Shown here piece after piece: positions 36,559 to 49,608 of a stretch of DNA of 64,000 bases. The stretch lies in assembly GCF_000143415.4 (NCBI RefSeq), contig NW_003314276.1, forward strand, positions 521,630-585,629, given 5' to 3'. The notes beneath the pieces are model-generated. The model was not told the DNA's origin. It did not search any database and saw nothing but the letters and a program-made list of their open reading frames with translations. Origin of the DNA: Selaginella moellendorffii. Its lineage: Eukaryota > Plantae > Lycopodiophyta. How positions within the stretch are numbered: position 1 is the stretch's first letter; each line of letters begins with the position of its first letter. Position numbers and translations under genes: made by a program.

Positions 36559-37974
36559 ATGGCATCCAGAGCTCTTCTGTCAAGCGTGATTACCGCAATG
36601 CTGTTTGTCATGATATTCTCCAGAAGATCAACACGCCTTCCCAGTTTTCAGCACATGAGCCAAAATGCTATTTGCGTAAGCAGGTCACACCACAGCTACA
36701 TGATGAAACCCTCCCGCGTGCTATCCGTTCCACCAGCATTTTCCAGTGCCTTAGCTGAATATGAGAAAATGCACAGTAAGTGTTATCACAGCCTGAAGCA
36801 GTCAATCACGAACCCAGCGGCGGGAGGTTCTTGTAAATACCTAGTGCACTACGAACTTGATGGGTTGGGAAATCGCCTCCTGGGCTTGGTCTCCACATTT
36901 GTCTTCTCCCTGCTTACCAACAGAGTGCTCCTCATAGATCCCAAGGGCCAGTCTGCGAAACTGCTTTGTGAGCCTTTTGCCAATTCTTCGTGGCTGGTCC
37001 CTCAAGAATTCCCACACTTCCATTTGGACCAAGCACAGTCCCTTGAAAAAGCTGTCCAATCCAAAAAATTTGGGAGCATGGTTCATGTGTGGGTGGCGAG
37101 CCTGCATAGGGACCAAGATATTTTCCATCACCAAGTCCGTTCCAAGCTCAAGAATGTCACCTGGATTTCCTTGACGAGTAATCTATACTTTGTCCCTCGG
37201 CTATTTACGTTCCCAGAGTTTTGGAAGCCGCTCATGTCACTGTTTCCCGATGTGAGGATGGCCTTCACTCACTTAACCAGATACCTTCTTCTACCTCAAG
37301 ATCACGTATGGGAAAAGATTGTTCGTTTCGATTCCACATATCTCTCTGGCCCAGGTAAACAGCTGGGCATACAGATCCGTCTCCATCACCGTGATGATCC
37401 AGGAGAATTTGATCAGCGGTCGTTCGATCGGATCTTGGAATGTCTCATTGGAAAAGAGTTCCTGCCGATGATGATGAACTCGACAACAGAGATAATATCA
37501 GCACATCCACCCAAGAGGATCAAAGTGTTTGTCGCTTCATTGCAAGGCCGATACTTTCAGGAATTGAAGCAGATGTACCTAAAATATCCATCTGTGGATG
37601 GAAGCCTCGTCCAGATCTACACATTCTCACAAGAAGGCGTCCAGAATGAGTCGATCCAACAGGCAACAAATGCACTAGCAGAGATGTGGCTTTTGGGATT
37701 CAGTGACGTGCTTGTCACCAGTAGCTCCTCCACATTTGGCTATATAGCACAAGGGATTGCAGGTGTCCGACCCTACGTGCTTCACATCCGACCAGAAGAT
37801 CTAAAAAACTGCTCGTTGCCGGCATGCTCCCGCCGCCTTTCACCAGCGCCTTGCAATCATCAACCCTATTTTGAAGAGGAGGAAAACTTAGAGAGAAGTA
37901 CGGAACATCTCCAATGGATGAACGTCCACATTCGTAGATGCCAAGACAACTGGCATGGCGTCCAAATCGTTTAA
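36559..37974 (+). CDS. FUT: Xyloglucan/galactoside 2-alpha-L-fucosyltransferase (GT37), intronless, 471 aa
   Basis: CKYLV...GLGNRLLGLVS...LLTNRVLLID, LGIQIR, ALAEMWLL...DVLVTS..STFGYIAQG. Confidence 0.93.
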   Translation: MASRALLSSVITAMLFVMIFSRRSTRLPSFQHMSQNAICVSRSHHSYMMKPSRVLSVPPAFSSALAEYEKMHSKCYHSLKQSITNPAAGGSCKYLVHYELDGLGNRLLGLVSTFVFSLLTNRVLLIDPKGQSAKLLCEPFANSSWLVPQEFPHFHLDQAQSLEKAVQSKKFGSMVHVWVASLHRDQDIFHHQVRSKLKNVTWISLTSNLYFVPRLFTFPEFWKPLMSLFPDVRMAFTHLTRYLLLPQDHVWEKIVRFDSTYLSGPGKQLGIQIRLHHRDDPGEFDQRSFDRILECLIGKEFLPMMMNSTTEIISAHPPKRIKVFVASLQGRYFQELKQMYLKYPSVDGSLVQIYTFSQEGVQNESIQQATNALAEMWLLGFSDVLVTSSSSTFGYIAQGIAGVRPYVLHIRPEDLKNCSLPACSRRLSPAPCNHQPYFEEEENLERSTEHLQWMNVHIRRCQDNWHGVQIV

Positions 37975-40900
37975 AAGCACAACTAGCAAAACGTTACTAG
38001 CAGCCTATATACTTATCAGCTTATGTTCCAGGCTTGTTTGTGACATACTAGAGAGGTTTAGTTGTAGATTTCTGTAGTTTAAAATGCATTCTATGTGGGT
38101 GGACAAAAAGTATGGTCAAGGAGTCTATCGAACATCTTGAAAAATGGACTCATGCAAAAAAAATCTCCTGATAAAACTGGAGACTTAGTGGAACCAGTTT
38201 TTGTAGTGTCCCAAGGCAATATTCAAGGGTACCAACAATCACTTCCGATGACATGCTCAAATTCGCATGATGAAGTCAAAATCAGTCTGATGATTCTAAA
38301 CTGAGCATTTACTGTTTCAGACAAAACTAGAAAATGAGAAATGTGCTATACAATCTCTATTTCTTTTCCAATTGAAATGAGACTCATCCCTTAGTGTCCT
38401 ATTTCCAGATTGATAATATCAGGGATTTTGAAAGGTTATGCTCTGGTGCCCACTCAAATGTAAGATTCATGTTCTCTTATATATATTGTCAAGAGTGCGT
38501 TTTTAGTTCAGGATAATCCAGAACCTTGTGCGACCTGCTCATAATCCCAGATATTCCGCAGTCATAAAGTTGTACTGAGACTGACTCACCATGAAAGATG
38601 TGCCTCTAGAAATTTTAAACATAAGTATAAATAATTGCTCGTTCTAATAAATATGAGCACATCTCGCATGAGCTAGACAGAAAAACTGTTTTTGCTTGTT
38701 TCTTTCTTTTGGATCTTAACATTTCCTCTCCAAGAAACTTGAAGATCTCAGAGGTGTGCTATACAAAATGTGTATAAATGAATAGTTCAATGTCCCTGAA
38801 AAGTGGATCTTCACAGCCAATCGCCATTGAGGATAATAGTTCTCAACCAAAATGGTGGTGGGAGCAAGTGATGAGGTTGCATACCAGAAGCTACACCACT
38901 TCTATTTTCACTGAATTCCTTCAGTGATACCGTCAGATTCAGTAGAGAGTTCCTGTGGGCCACCAACTTTTGCATTGTGGGAAGAGGCAGTAGCCGCCTG
39001 TATTTCTAACTGTAATGTTGGAGCAAGACTGCATAATACAAGGCGTGATCTCAGGCGTGGAATTATCGTACGCATGTATAAAGAGCCTCAAGGGCTAGAA
39101 GAGATAATAGAAGTGACTGTCTTTTCCATATAGTATGCTGTAGCGGCCCAAACTGATCATTAGGCCAGTGTGAAGCAAGGTTGAAGGAAAAGGGCGAGAG
39201 CTTCATGTTGCGAGAGGGGGATAATGGAGGATCTAGGGCTTGGTTTGAGAGGGAACTTGACCTAGAGGTGAGAGCTGAGTGTTCAATCACTGGATTAGCC
39301 ATGAGGTAAGCTCCATAACCTCTCCCAACATGCCTTGCCTGGGCTTACACCCGTTTTAAGACCAGTACAACGTTGCGTCATATATTCTGCTCAGTTCTTT
39401 TAGGTCTGTTTAGGGTGGAGAGTTTTGCGGCATGTGGCATGGTGGATGAACGACAAATAGCAGCAATCTGACAGTATTCTATTGGGTGGAGTGATCTTGT
39501 CCTCACACCACCACCACAGGGCGTTGACTCCACTCTTGAAGCACCGTCAATGCAAGATCTCACTTGGGCACCTATGTCAGCACCACACTTCATCTCCCGA
39601 TTGTCTAACACCGAGTGTTTTGTGTACAAATCTCCACAGGCAGCAACAATGCCTAAGCAAGACGAGCATATGAAGGAAATTTCATCCAATGACAAAGAGC
39701 TTGACTATAACTAAGTGAAGTTGTTTAGGGATCTTATGCTTTTTCTTTGTGATAAATCTTGGCTTGATGGTTTTGGATTACTCACCTATGAAGAGTTATT
39801 CGAAGGAAAAATATTAATTGAGCAAGGGATCAAGCTCATGGAGAAGTGATACCCAATAGAGTATGTATTTCTTTTTTGCGAGCAAGTCCATCCCTTTGGA
39901 CTCACCCAGTTTACTCATATTTTTTGCCTAGATAAAAAGGGTGAAATAATCATGATGAGCAAGAAGGATTGCATGCCCAATTAATACGTCCTCTTTAACT
40001 ACACATCTGGACGAGGAGACAACTTGACCTACCTAAAGCCCGACTATCATGCTATGATTTTGTAATTTTGATTAAATGAGAATGAATTAGAGTGGATGTG
40101 GATTGAAGGTAATATTTTTTTAAAAAAACATTGGAAAGAATTCTAGAATTCCCTTTTAAAAAAAAAAATTGGAAAGAATTCTAGAATTCTAGCTCAACAG
40201 CCTGGAGTAGGATTTAGAGAATTCAACTGCCTAAGGACAAGCAGTAACTTTATCGTGAAGGAGTAATAAAGAGGTAAATGTTTTATCTTGTGTATCTTCC
40301 CAAGCAAAGCAAAAGAAGAAAGTTTAGGCAAAATAGAATTATGCCTAAACTTAGGCATCCAAAGAAGAAAGACTTGACTTAGGCAATGCTTGTAATAAAC
40401 AAGTTTCCAATAACAAAAATATAACAATCAAAACAATGTTTACTAATTGGGTAGCATATGCTAGACAGGTTATAAGGGTGGCAATTTCAGTCCATGCTGA
40501 ACTTGTTGCCATGTTCCAATCCACCATGACAAACTCCCATCAAACAATGCCATTTCAGGGTTGATCTGAAATCAAGTGCTTATAGTTATAGGTAGAGAAA
40601 GTAAGTTGTGCTTTTCAACATGCTGCGACGTTTAAAGTATTTATGTGCAGCGCAGCAGACATGACAAGGTCTGCTAGTTATTTTGATTCACAAATACATT
40701 CCCAAATTTGTTTTGGGTATATAATGCTAAAGAACTGCAGTTATTGCTCCCTATACGCAAGATGCCAGTTACAAAAATCAACTAATGCTAGGTAAAACCT
40801 ATATAGAATCAGAAGGTGCAGTACTTCATGGGAATCAGTCAAGTGCGTCATTGTTGTTCCTGGCTTGAATAGACAAATGCATCGATTGTATCTAAAACAC

Positions 40901-41464
40901 AGATAAGGAGAAAAGGTATTAAAGAAGTTACAGCTTACCCAGCAGTAAACACATTCCCCAGATGAGAACAGCAGACAGAAAGCTGAATATGCTCGGTTGC
41001 ATAAACAAAAGTTGGGCACCATAAACATTGTCATTACGGTTCCTATTCTGACTCACAGAGCCTAACTTAACATACAATCTGACAGTAAAGCTGCATGACT
41101 CCCTTTTACATGCTTTTCTTTTCCATCCCAAGCCAAAGAATGGAAAGGTCTTTATTGGACCATAGGATGTTATGAATTATTTTCTCAGAAAAATGTAATT
41201 TCTTTGTTACATAAAACAATCCTATAAGACCTCATTTCAATAATTATTGAAGGAACTGATAGTTGATGGGCATCTGGAATGTATATTTCTATCACATCAC
41301 TCCACCAAGCAAGATAATAGTAATACAGTTACTCATTAGCATTTAGACCCCAGCTCTGTTGCGCGAACAAGTATAATTTTTGAATAAGCAATATACAAAC
41401 ATCCTCTTTTTGCTATTGAATTTAACATTTTGAAGAGTTTTAGCCTAAGAAATACTAGTACCAG

Positions 41465-43296
41465 TCATACCTTTTCCTTCTTTGCTAATGCCTCGCTTCT
41501 ATGCTCGGCACCCACACCAATGACGTAGCCACAGCCCACCTACACAACAGACTTATAAGCTGTGATCCATAAGCGTTGCATTGTGGTCCCTCACCTGGCA
41601 ATCTTTGAGGGTGACACGCTCTTGGAGATAAACATTACTGCAAATCACTGAATTTTGTACCAAGCATCCGTCTTCCAGGGTTACATGATTCATCACAACC
41701 GAGTTAATGACCTGGACACAAACCGGGCTCAAAACAAAAGAAAAAAAAGAAAAAAAAGAAAAAAAAGAAAAAAACAACCTTGACATTGGATCCAATTCTA
41801 CAGTGGCGTCCAACAACAGATCTCTTGACGCTGCATTTCTCCCCAAGCTCCGAACCTTCGCCAATTATACATTGCGGTCCAATCTGTAAAATTGAAATCA
41901 GCATATAAGGAGTAACAATTTGAAGGCATCTTACAGCCGTCTTGGCACCCGTTTGAGCACTCGGGTGAATTACGTTGTTCATGCCAGATACCGTGTATCC
42001 GGTGAGGTATATCGCGTCTCCTGCAACCTAGAGAGCGGTCAGTGCACAAAACAATTCCGGGTGCATTTGACTCACGTCTCTGTTTATGTCGCCATACGCT
42101 TCTATAGTGTTTACCCGCGCACAATATCTAGCCTTTCCAGCTACATAAGCAGAGCATGATAATGTGCCCTCCACCCTTCCATGTTTCTTGAAGAGAAAGC
42201 GTAAGTGAAGATTATCGAGCATCTATGTAAATACGAACCAGCTGAGATCGCACAATGTGAGGAACCAGGTCCCTTTTTATGCTTTTGAATTTTTCGTTTC
42301 TCTCCAGTGCCTCGAGCATAAGCTCTCTGTATGGGATAAGAAGAAAGAATCTAGCTGCGCTGAACCAAACCTGTTGAAGGCGTAAAGGTGCGCGTCCAAA
42401 AGGTCAGTATGAAGTTCGACCTTGGGCAACAGTGACAAAGTTAGCTCCCGTGCGTTAATATACTATAACATACTAACCTGGCCAGCTTCTCTCATCAAGC
42501 ACAGCGGAACTTTAACTTCCTTTCCTAGCTGTGAGCCGGAAGCCACGTAGAGCAAACGGTGGCGGGCAGAGTCGAGGCCAATGACATCGGCAGCAGCCAG
42601 TTGTTTGGCCTTTTCTTTGGTGCCTACACCGCCAGCACTGGCCTCACATCCCTCGCCTGGAGTGCGCGGACACAAAAGAGCAGTCAGCCCTGCTCGTTGC
42701 CTCTTGTGAGATGATGCAATGGCTCCCAGTGGTACATCGCATACCATGTCGCCGCTAACAACCTACACGCTTATAGTGAGCAAACCGCTGGCCACCTCTG
42801 GCAACATTTACCAAGACATTCTCGCTACTGAGCCGATGAGCCACGCTGCGAAGGGCATCCGCTGTCCCACTTTCTTCCGAGACCGTGGAAACCTACCCGC
42901 CCAGTGAATGACAATGAAGCCGCCAATTACACAGCTCACCTCCACTTGCAGGCGATCGTGATAAGCCTCCGCTATCCAGCTGCCGACTCTAACACCGGAC
43001 TCATGGCCCGCGACCACCTTGGGCAGAGACACAGACATAAGGGCGCGCAACAAAGTGCAGAGGCTAACTCACCACGCTCACGTTGTTGAGATTGCTATCC
43101 TCCAAAAGGTCCAAGACATAGGAGAGTAGGGGCCTGTTGCCGATGGGCAGCAAGGCTTTAGGGACATCCTTCCAAGACGGGGAAATGTAAGCAGAGAGTC
43201 ACCGCGGCAGGTAAAATGGACTACCTTGGACACCAGAGGGAAGAGATCCTTTGAGCTGCCTCCCGCGACCACCACCACTTGATACTCGTCGCCCAT
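41465..43296 (-). CDS. Translation initiation factor eIF2B gamma subunit, multi-exon
   Basis: YQVVVVAGG...PKALLPIGNRP, DLLDAHLYAF and C-terminal hexapeptide repeats (SVKRSVVGRHCRIGSNVK). Confidence 0.92.
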
Positions 43297-43365
43297 TCTA
43301 GTTCTCTATCCGATGCTAGGGCAACACTATAAATTGTTTTTTCAAAGCCTCAAACAAAACCAGTC

Positions 43366-44937
43366 CTAGTCTCCGTGAATGGTGTAGCGCTCCCACTTCT
43401 TTGTGGGATCATAGATCTCCCACCTCGAGGCAGGAAATATGTGCTTGTTCTTCTCATACCAATGCCGCTCCACAACCTTACCAGCGTGGGACTGCACAAA
43501 GCACAAGCGTCACCAACCGGCATACAAAACCGATATACACAAGGTACCTCGTCCTTCTCAATTGTGGCGTCAGCGATTGTGCGAATGTCCTCGTGAACAT
43601 CAAAATGAAAGAGCTATCCTCCACAGACAAATGGGCGTCAAGTCATGACAAAGACACCCATGGGCTTACCGGGCCGCTCTTTCCTCTGGCCTTGTTGGTG
43701 ATGAGCTCATAGAAGCTGTGTTGCTGTCAAACAAGGTGGGGAAAAACTTGAACAAGTGGCAACAACTGGAAGGAAACGTACATGAGGTATGATCAAATCT
43801 TCTTTCACGTAGAGCAGGTTCTCAACAGATGCAGTTCGGATCTCACGGAACTCAGACGCCAATTGCTGCTGGACAGCCCGTAGGAATTCAGCAATTGTAT
43901 CGCCCTTTCGCACCTGGCCAAGGAGAAACTGCAGTCAGCAAGGGTAATATCGAGACGAGGTGCGCACTTGAATGACTCGCCTGTGCCCCGCTCCGTCCCA
44001 GTAGCTGTATGTTATTTCTAGCGGCTCATCTACACAGGGGCGGGTGTTACCATATGTAAAGTTCAACATCGCTTACTTTTGATGCGTGTCTGCTCTTGGA
44101 TCCACTGCTTGCGAAGGCGTTCGCGTTCTTCTTGCTCATCCGCCTCACGCTCCCTGAATAATCATCCTCCGCCCCCTTGAGAACGCGTTAGCAGTCGATC
44201 CACCCAACAAAACAAAGACAGCCCTAGAGTACGAAGTGAAAGCAATACCTGTCAGGTAAGAAACTTGTCTCCACGGACGGATTCTTGCCGAACTTGCCCA
44301 GCTTCTTCTTTTTCCGTTCATCTGCCACGGCTCATGCATTAGGGGACTTGACCGAAGTTGCCAAAGCCATACCAGCACTGCCGTTTTCGTCTTCATCGGT
44401 GTCACCATCGACTTCGTCCGCAAACGACAGGCGGGAAGGGCCTTTCGCTCGTCTCTTTTTCCTCTTCTGGAGCTGACGTTCCTCTTCCCTGCAACACAGT
44501 TGGACTCGGACACACGGCCACAAAGATGGGATGTGGGCTTACTCTTGAGCAAGCTTCTGCAGCTTCTCTTTCTCCTCCTCCTCTATCTTGGTGCGCAAGT
44601 TGACCCTCTGCAGTGGCACGCAAATGAAACAAAGTGATGAAACAGGCCAGCTACCTTTTCCACGAACTGCTCCCTGGTGACAAGCCCAACAGTCTCTTTC
44701 TTGAAGGCGCTCTCCAGAATCTGTGGCGGCGAGCTCCGGTAATGAGGCGAAAAGAGAGCAAACAGAAGTCACCTCTGATGTCCCGGAGCCGAACTGCAGA
44801 AGCCCACCCTGCCCTTCAGCCGACTTCTTCTTGAGGTCTTGGATGCGCTTCCGTTCCACTTCGCGCTGCTTCTCCAGGCGCCGGATGCGAGCGGCGTCCT
44901 GCGCCGTCCCGACGTAGCCATCGCCCATGCCCGACAT
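43366..44937 (-). CDS. XCT: XAP5 CIRCADIAN TIMEKEEPER / FAM50 homologue, multi-exon
   Basis: [52 protein letters not shown]. Confidence 0.95.
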
Positions 44938-44996
44938 CGTCCTCACCCACCCACAAGCCCTAAACAAAAACCTCGCCCCAATGTCTCGTTTCGGTC

Positions 44997-46928
44997 ATGG
45001 CCTGGCGACGATATGGTCGGGAGCACGCGGTTGGGGAGCTCATCAAGCGGTGCAGCACGCCATTGGAGCTGGAAAGCCTCCACAAGAGCTGCGCGGGTGG
45101 CAGCAGCACGTACGTCTGCAACCTTGTGGTGGGCATGTATGGCAGATGCGGAAGCTGCAGCGGTGCGGAGGCGGTGTTTGCACAAATGGAGCAGCCCAAC
45201 GTCGTGTCTTGGAATGCCCTCATGGCAGCGTATGCCCACAACGGGCATCATGTGCACGCCAAGGCCGTTTTCGACAGGATGGAGTTGAGGAACGCGGTGT
45301 CATGGACATGCCTCATGACCGGCTACCACAAGGCCGCCTGCATGGAGGTGGCGGAGTGGATCTTTTCCAGGATGCCCAGCTGGGGAGTCGTGGCCTGGAG
45401 TGCGCGGGTAAGTGCCCTCTCCCGCAGCGGGGATGTGGCTAGCGCTGCACGCACGCTGCGGGCAATGCCGGCCAGGACCATCGTCGCCTGCAACTCGCTG
45501 CTCCGCGCGATTGGGGCCGACCAGCAGCAGGACCGCGGGGATGAGGCGCTGGACGTGTTTTCCCGGGTGATGCCCCAGCACGACCTGGCCTCGTGGAATG
45601 CCATGGTTGGAGTCTACGGCCGGCGCGAGCGGCCCGACGATGCCAAGCGCGTCTTTGACTCCATGGCTGAGAGGGACGTGATATCCTGGACGTCCATGCT
45701 GCTGGCTTTCGCCCATGCTGGTGCCACGGGCGACGCGGAGGCCACATTTGCGAAGATGGCCAGCCACGACACCACGGCGTGGAACGCGCTGCTGAGGAGC
45801 CATGCCAAAGGCAACACGCCCGTGAGCACCAGCCATGCGGCTCGGTTGTTTGACGGGATGCCCCACAAGGACATGGCTTCTTGGAACGCCATCCTTGTGG
45901 TGTTTACCACGGCGTCTGCGCCCAACGGCGTCAACGCAGCCGCGAGCTGCTTCAACCGGATGCCACGGTGGGATGCGAGCTCGTGCACGATACTGATGAC
46001 GGGCCTGTCCAAGTGTGGGCGTGTCGACTCTGCAAAACAGGTGTTCGACAGTATGCCGCACCGGGATGTGGTGGCTTGCAACGCCATGGCGGCAGCATAT
46101 GCCCGTGAGGGCAGGGTGGCACAAGCCAAGCTTACCTTTGACGGTGCGGCGACACGGGACTGCATGTCATGGAACACGCTCTTGGGTGGATACAGCCACA
46201 ACGGGCATGTCGGCGCAGCCAGGCACACCTTTTGTCGGATGCCTTGCCACTGCGTAGCGTCACAAAGCTCGTTCCTCGCGGCTCTGGCTCACGCCAGGGG
46301 TCGTCTGGAGGAAGCGGAGGCTGTGTTTAACGGGATGCCACAGCGGGACCTTGTGTCGTGCAATGCCATGATCCAGGCGTACGCGCTCAACGGCCATGCA
46401 GCAAGTGCGAGGAGGATATTTGACGCCATGCAGCGTAGGGATGCGGCGACATGGACAGGGATGATTGCAGCGTATACCGACGCGGGGCTCTGTGCCTCTG
46501 CTGACGCAGTGCTGAGAAGCATGAGCCTGGAAGGTGACGCGGAGCCCGATGGTGCCACCTTCAGCTGTGTCCTGGCTGGGTTGAGCCAGCGAGGGATGGT
46601 GGAAGCAGCGCGCCAGTGCTTCCGGAGCATGGTTTCAAACTATAGCATTCAAGCAAGCATCCAGCACTACTGCTGCATGGTGGATGCGCTAGGGCGGAGC
46701 AGGCAGCTGCGGCAAGCAGAGGAGCTGGTTGAGCATCTGGTCCGTGGTTGTGCCGCTGGCGATGACGATGACATGGGGATCGCGTGGACAGCACTGCTGG
46801 CTGCGTGCAAGTTGCATGGTGAGCCGGAGACTGCGGCTCGAGCTGCACACCGAGGTGGTGCCTTTGCCGCGGGGGCAACGGGCTATGTGCTCCTGTCCAC
46901 CACCTTCTGCTCATCTCAGGCGACTTAA
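44997..46928 (+). CDS. PLS-class pentatricopeptide repeat protein (E-type, no DYW), intronless, 643 aa
   Basis: Run of ~31-aa repeats (VFDxMPxRDVVxWN), then HYCCMVDALGRS, WTALLAACKLHG and GYVLLS. Confidence 0.93.
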   Translation: MAWRRYGREHAVGELIKRCSTPLELESLHKSCAGGSSTYVCNLVVGMYGRCGSCSGAEAVFAQMEQPNVVSWNALMAAYAHNGHHVHAKAVFDRMELRNAVSWTCLMTGYHKAACMEVAEWIFSRMPSWGVVAWSARVSALSRSGDVASAARTLRAMPARTIVACNSLLRAIGADQQQDRGDEALDVFSRVMPQHDLASWNAMVGVYGRRERPDDAKRVFDSMAERDVISWTSMLLAFAHAGATGDAEATFAKMASHDTTAWNALLRSHAKGNTPVSTSHAARLFDGMPHKDMASWNAILVVFTTASAPNGVNAAASCFNRMPRWDASSCTILMTGLSKCGRVDSAKQVFDSMPHRDVVACNAMAAAYAREGRVAQAKLTFDGAATRDCMSWNTLLGGYSHNGHVGAARHTFCRMPCHCVASQSSFLAALAHARGRLEEAEAVFNGMPQRDLVSCNAMIQAYALNGHAASARRIFDAMQRRDAATWTGMIAAYTDAGLCASADAVLRSMSLEGDAEPDGATFSCVLAGLSQRGMVEAARQCFRSMVSNYSIQASIQHYCCMVDALGRSRQLRQAEELVEHLVRGCAAGDDDDMGIAWTALLAACKLHGEPETAARAAHRGGAFAAGATGYVLLSTTFCSSQAT

Positions 46929-47002
46929 CTCCTCAACTCGGTTTCAATATTCCAAGGAACTAGCGACGAAAGAAAAAAAGGGGGCAAAACAAGAGACCAT
47001 GG

Positions 47003-49608
47003 CTATGGTCTGTTCAAAAAGCCTCGTCTCAACATGGACCTGGAATTCTCGCTCAAACCTGCTAAAGCTGTTGCAGGAAGACTATCGGGAGCTACGAGGA
47101 GCTCCTCGTCGTCAGGCCTTGTCAAATAATCTAGGCCGCCCACAAACGGGCGCCGAGGCGACCAATCATCACTAGCAGTGCCGGTCCGTGGCCGCTTATC
47201 CTGGCTTCTTTGCCCGTCAACCCCCCCATTCCCATGGCCACCACCACCGCCGTCGCTTACTAGCGTTAAGTTGTCCGTGTTATGTACTTGCACGTCTTCT
47301 GACGTAATGCTGCTCTGAAAGAGGCTACATTCCATGGCATCCCCCACTCCTTCCCTGTCCGGCGACTCATACGCAGCAGCTTGCTCTTGCTCCTCATCTG
47401 GCTTGGGGACGGCGGAAGAGCAGCAGGCGTCATCAGTGCACGAGCATGGCGACCTATGACCGCCTTGTCGACTCGCGTGCGCCTGCTGCCACCTCCTCTT
47501 GCCAGCCCTCTGCGCCGTCCCATTCATCATATGATTCGCAAACCCAGATTCAAGGGAGCTGTCTGACGACTCTAACAATACCTGCTTCGTCCCCGTGCGG
47601 GAGGCTATCACCTTTTCCCTGCTCTTGACTGGGCTGCCCGGGTGGTTGTGAGCTGTTGTCACCTCCTCGCGGCAGCTCCCCCTTGAATCGGACGTCGACG
47701 GCGTTGCGGCGCCATCCACGACGGGCCGTGGCCGTGGTGATGACCTGAAAGCTTGAGCTTGCTGAGCTTGAATGCATATCAGCGCGCAGGGGCTTACCGG
47801 CGGTAGAGTAGCATGTAGGCTTTCTGGGACATGACCCTGATTTGGTCTACCTCCTTCACCTATGTGGCAGCTTTTGTGTTATAACAACAGAAATGCACAC
47901 TCAAAACTTCCAACGCCGACTCACTTTGCTGTCATCGACTTTAAACCACGCCCCGTTGCCAGCTCGCACGTAGCACACATAGTGCCCAAAGTAGGACGCG
48001 TTGAGCATGTCCACGTGCACAACCACCGCATAGAGCTTGTATGCTGGGGGAGTATCCACCGTGCCGGACATGTAAGGGACCATGTCCAGCTCTTCAGGGA
48101 AGGTGACCTTCTTGTTGATCTTACCGAACTTTCCGCCCTGCACACAGCAGAGTGAGATCGCGAGGCGGACGAGCAGAGAGAGAGAGAGAGAGAGAGAGGT
48201 ACCTGGAAACGCTTCAAGGCGATGGTCAGTATGTTGGGTGCTTCGTGAACTGACAGGCGTTTCTTTGCCCGAACATAAGCGTTGCAGCTGGTTGGGGTGG
48301 TGGAATGTGGCGGGTAAGCTTTGCAAAGAGAGAGCTTATCGAGAAACTTACCGGTCGCACCTGTACTTGTTGTCGCCATCCAGCCACTCGGGGGACGTGA
48401 ACTGCTTGAGCGCGTCCTCTAACGACTCCACATTCCCCTGAATACCCACGCTCAGGTCCAACATGTTCTCGTACAGATTCGACCGCTGCTGGCACTGGCA
48501 ACACACCACCTAGGCAGGACAAGAGCAACCAAGCGCATCAGCAAATCTGCGCCACGAGGCTGAGGCGAGCGAGGCGCACCTGGGACTGGAGGTATCCACC
48601 AAATATGTGCTGAATAAGCGTTGTCTCTTGAGTGCGGGCATCCAGAGTGGTCTCTCCCCCAGCCTCGTCGAGACAAATCTTCTGCATGCAATCCACGGCC
48701 AACCTGTGTGCCTCGGGAGTTAAAAACACACCAACGACACCAACGAGCAAGCTCACCGCATAAACTCATGAGCATCCTCTTGCCTGCCGTAACCGAGGCT
48801 GTTCCCTATGCTCCTCAGCCTGGACAAGATCTTGATAGGGGAGAAGGGCATCTGGTTATTGAACGCCTTTTGGACGTGGTCCTCCAGCTCGCACATAAAA
48901 CACCAGCCCTCCCGCTGACCTGGGAACGCACAGTCAGAAACTCGTCGGTAAAGTTGCACACCTCACAAGCTTCCTGGTGCATCCCATGCAGAAGATAAGC
49001 AGCTAGCGGCCTGGTGGAGGCTAGGCACTGCAGCACCACATTCGCGTAGCAACTGCAGGCATTGGCGGGGAGAGGATCGCAAGATTAGATCCGTTCCACA
49101 GACACACACACACACAGACACATACCTGTTGCCGCAGTTGATCAATCCGCAAGGCACCTTGGAAATGTTGCAGCTAAAAAACTTGAGGAAGTCCCTGTAC
49201 GGGAATAAAATCTGTGGCAGCTCTCTATTAGCGAGACCAAGATAGGGGGGAAACTGGGAAGGAGGAAAGCCCACCTTCTTTGGCTTGGCAAGGGTTCCGT
49301 CAAGAGCACACAAGGCATGCTCTCTCTTGTCTCTGCTGACCACAACCTTTCTGGGGCATTCCAACCGATGGCCTTGCTTCCAGTGCTTCCCCTGACACTC
49401 CAAGGTGCTGCGCCAAGCCAACAAGCCATTAGCACCAATGGCGACGGGATTGACTCCAATGTATGTGGCTACATTCCGGGTTTTCTTGCACTAGGGAAAA
49501 GAAGAGCATGATTCTCATCACTCACCAGTAGTAGACTGCCTTGCAAAGCGAACAGCGCGTGGCCGTAGGTGTCCGGCATAGAACACACACGGGCCGGTTC
49601 GCCAACAT
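47003..49608 (-). CDS. Ubiquitin-specific protease with N-terminal MYND zinc finger (UBP15-19 group); the start may extend to ~49815
   Basis: [21 protein letters not shown]...[15 protein letters not shown]|[24 protein letters not shown]...GHYVCY, WFKVDDS. Confidence 0.92.

Noticed and set aside
40115-40192. Short direct repeat with a gaattctagaattc palindrome; also small duplications at 2262-2297 and 3747-3792, the A-rich repeat at 41731-41775 and AG microsatellites
   Set aside because: Ordinary slippage or local duplication with no further structure.
45300-46630. Long antisense or alternative-frame ORFs over the PPR, KCS and MDH genes
   Set aside because: Expected shadows of GC-rich coding DNA, with no recognisable motifs.
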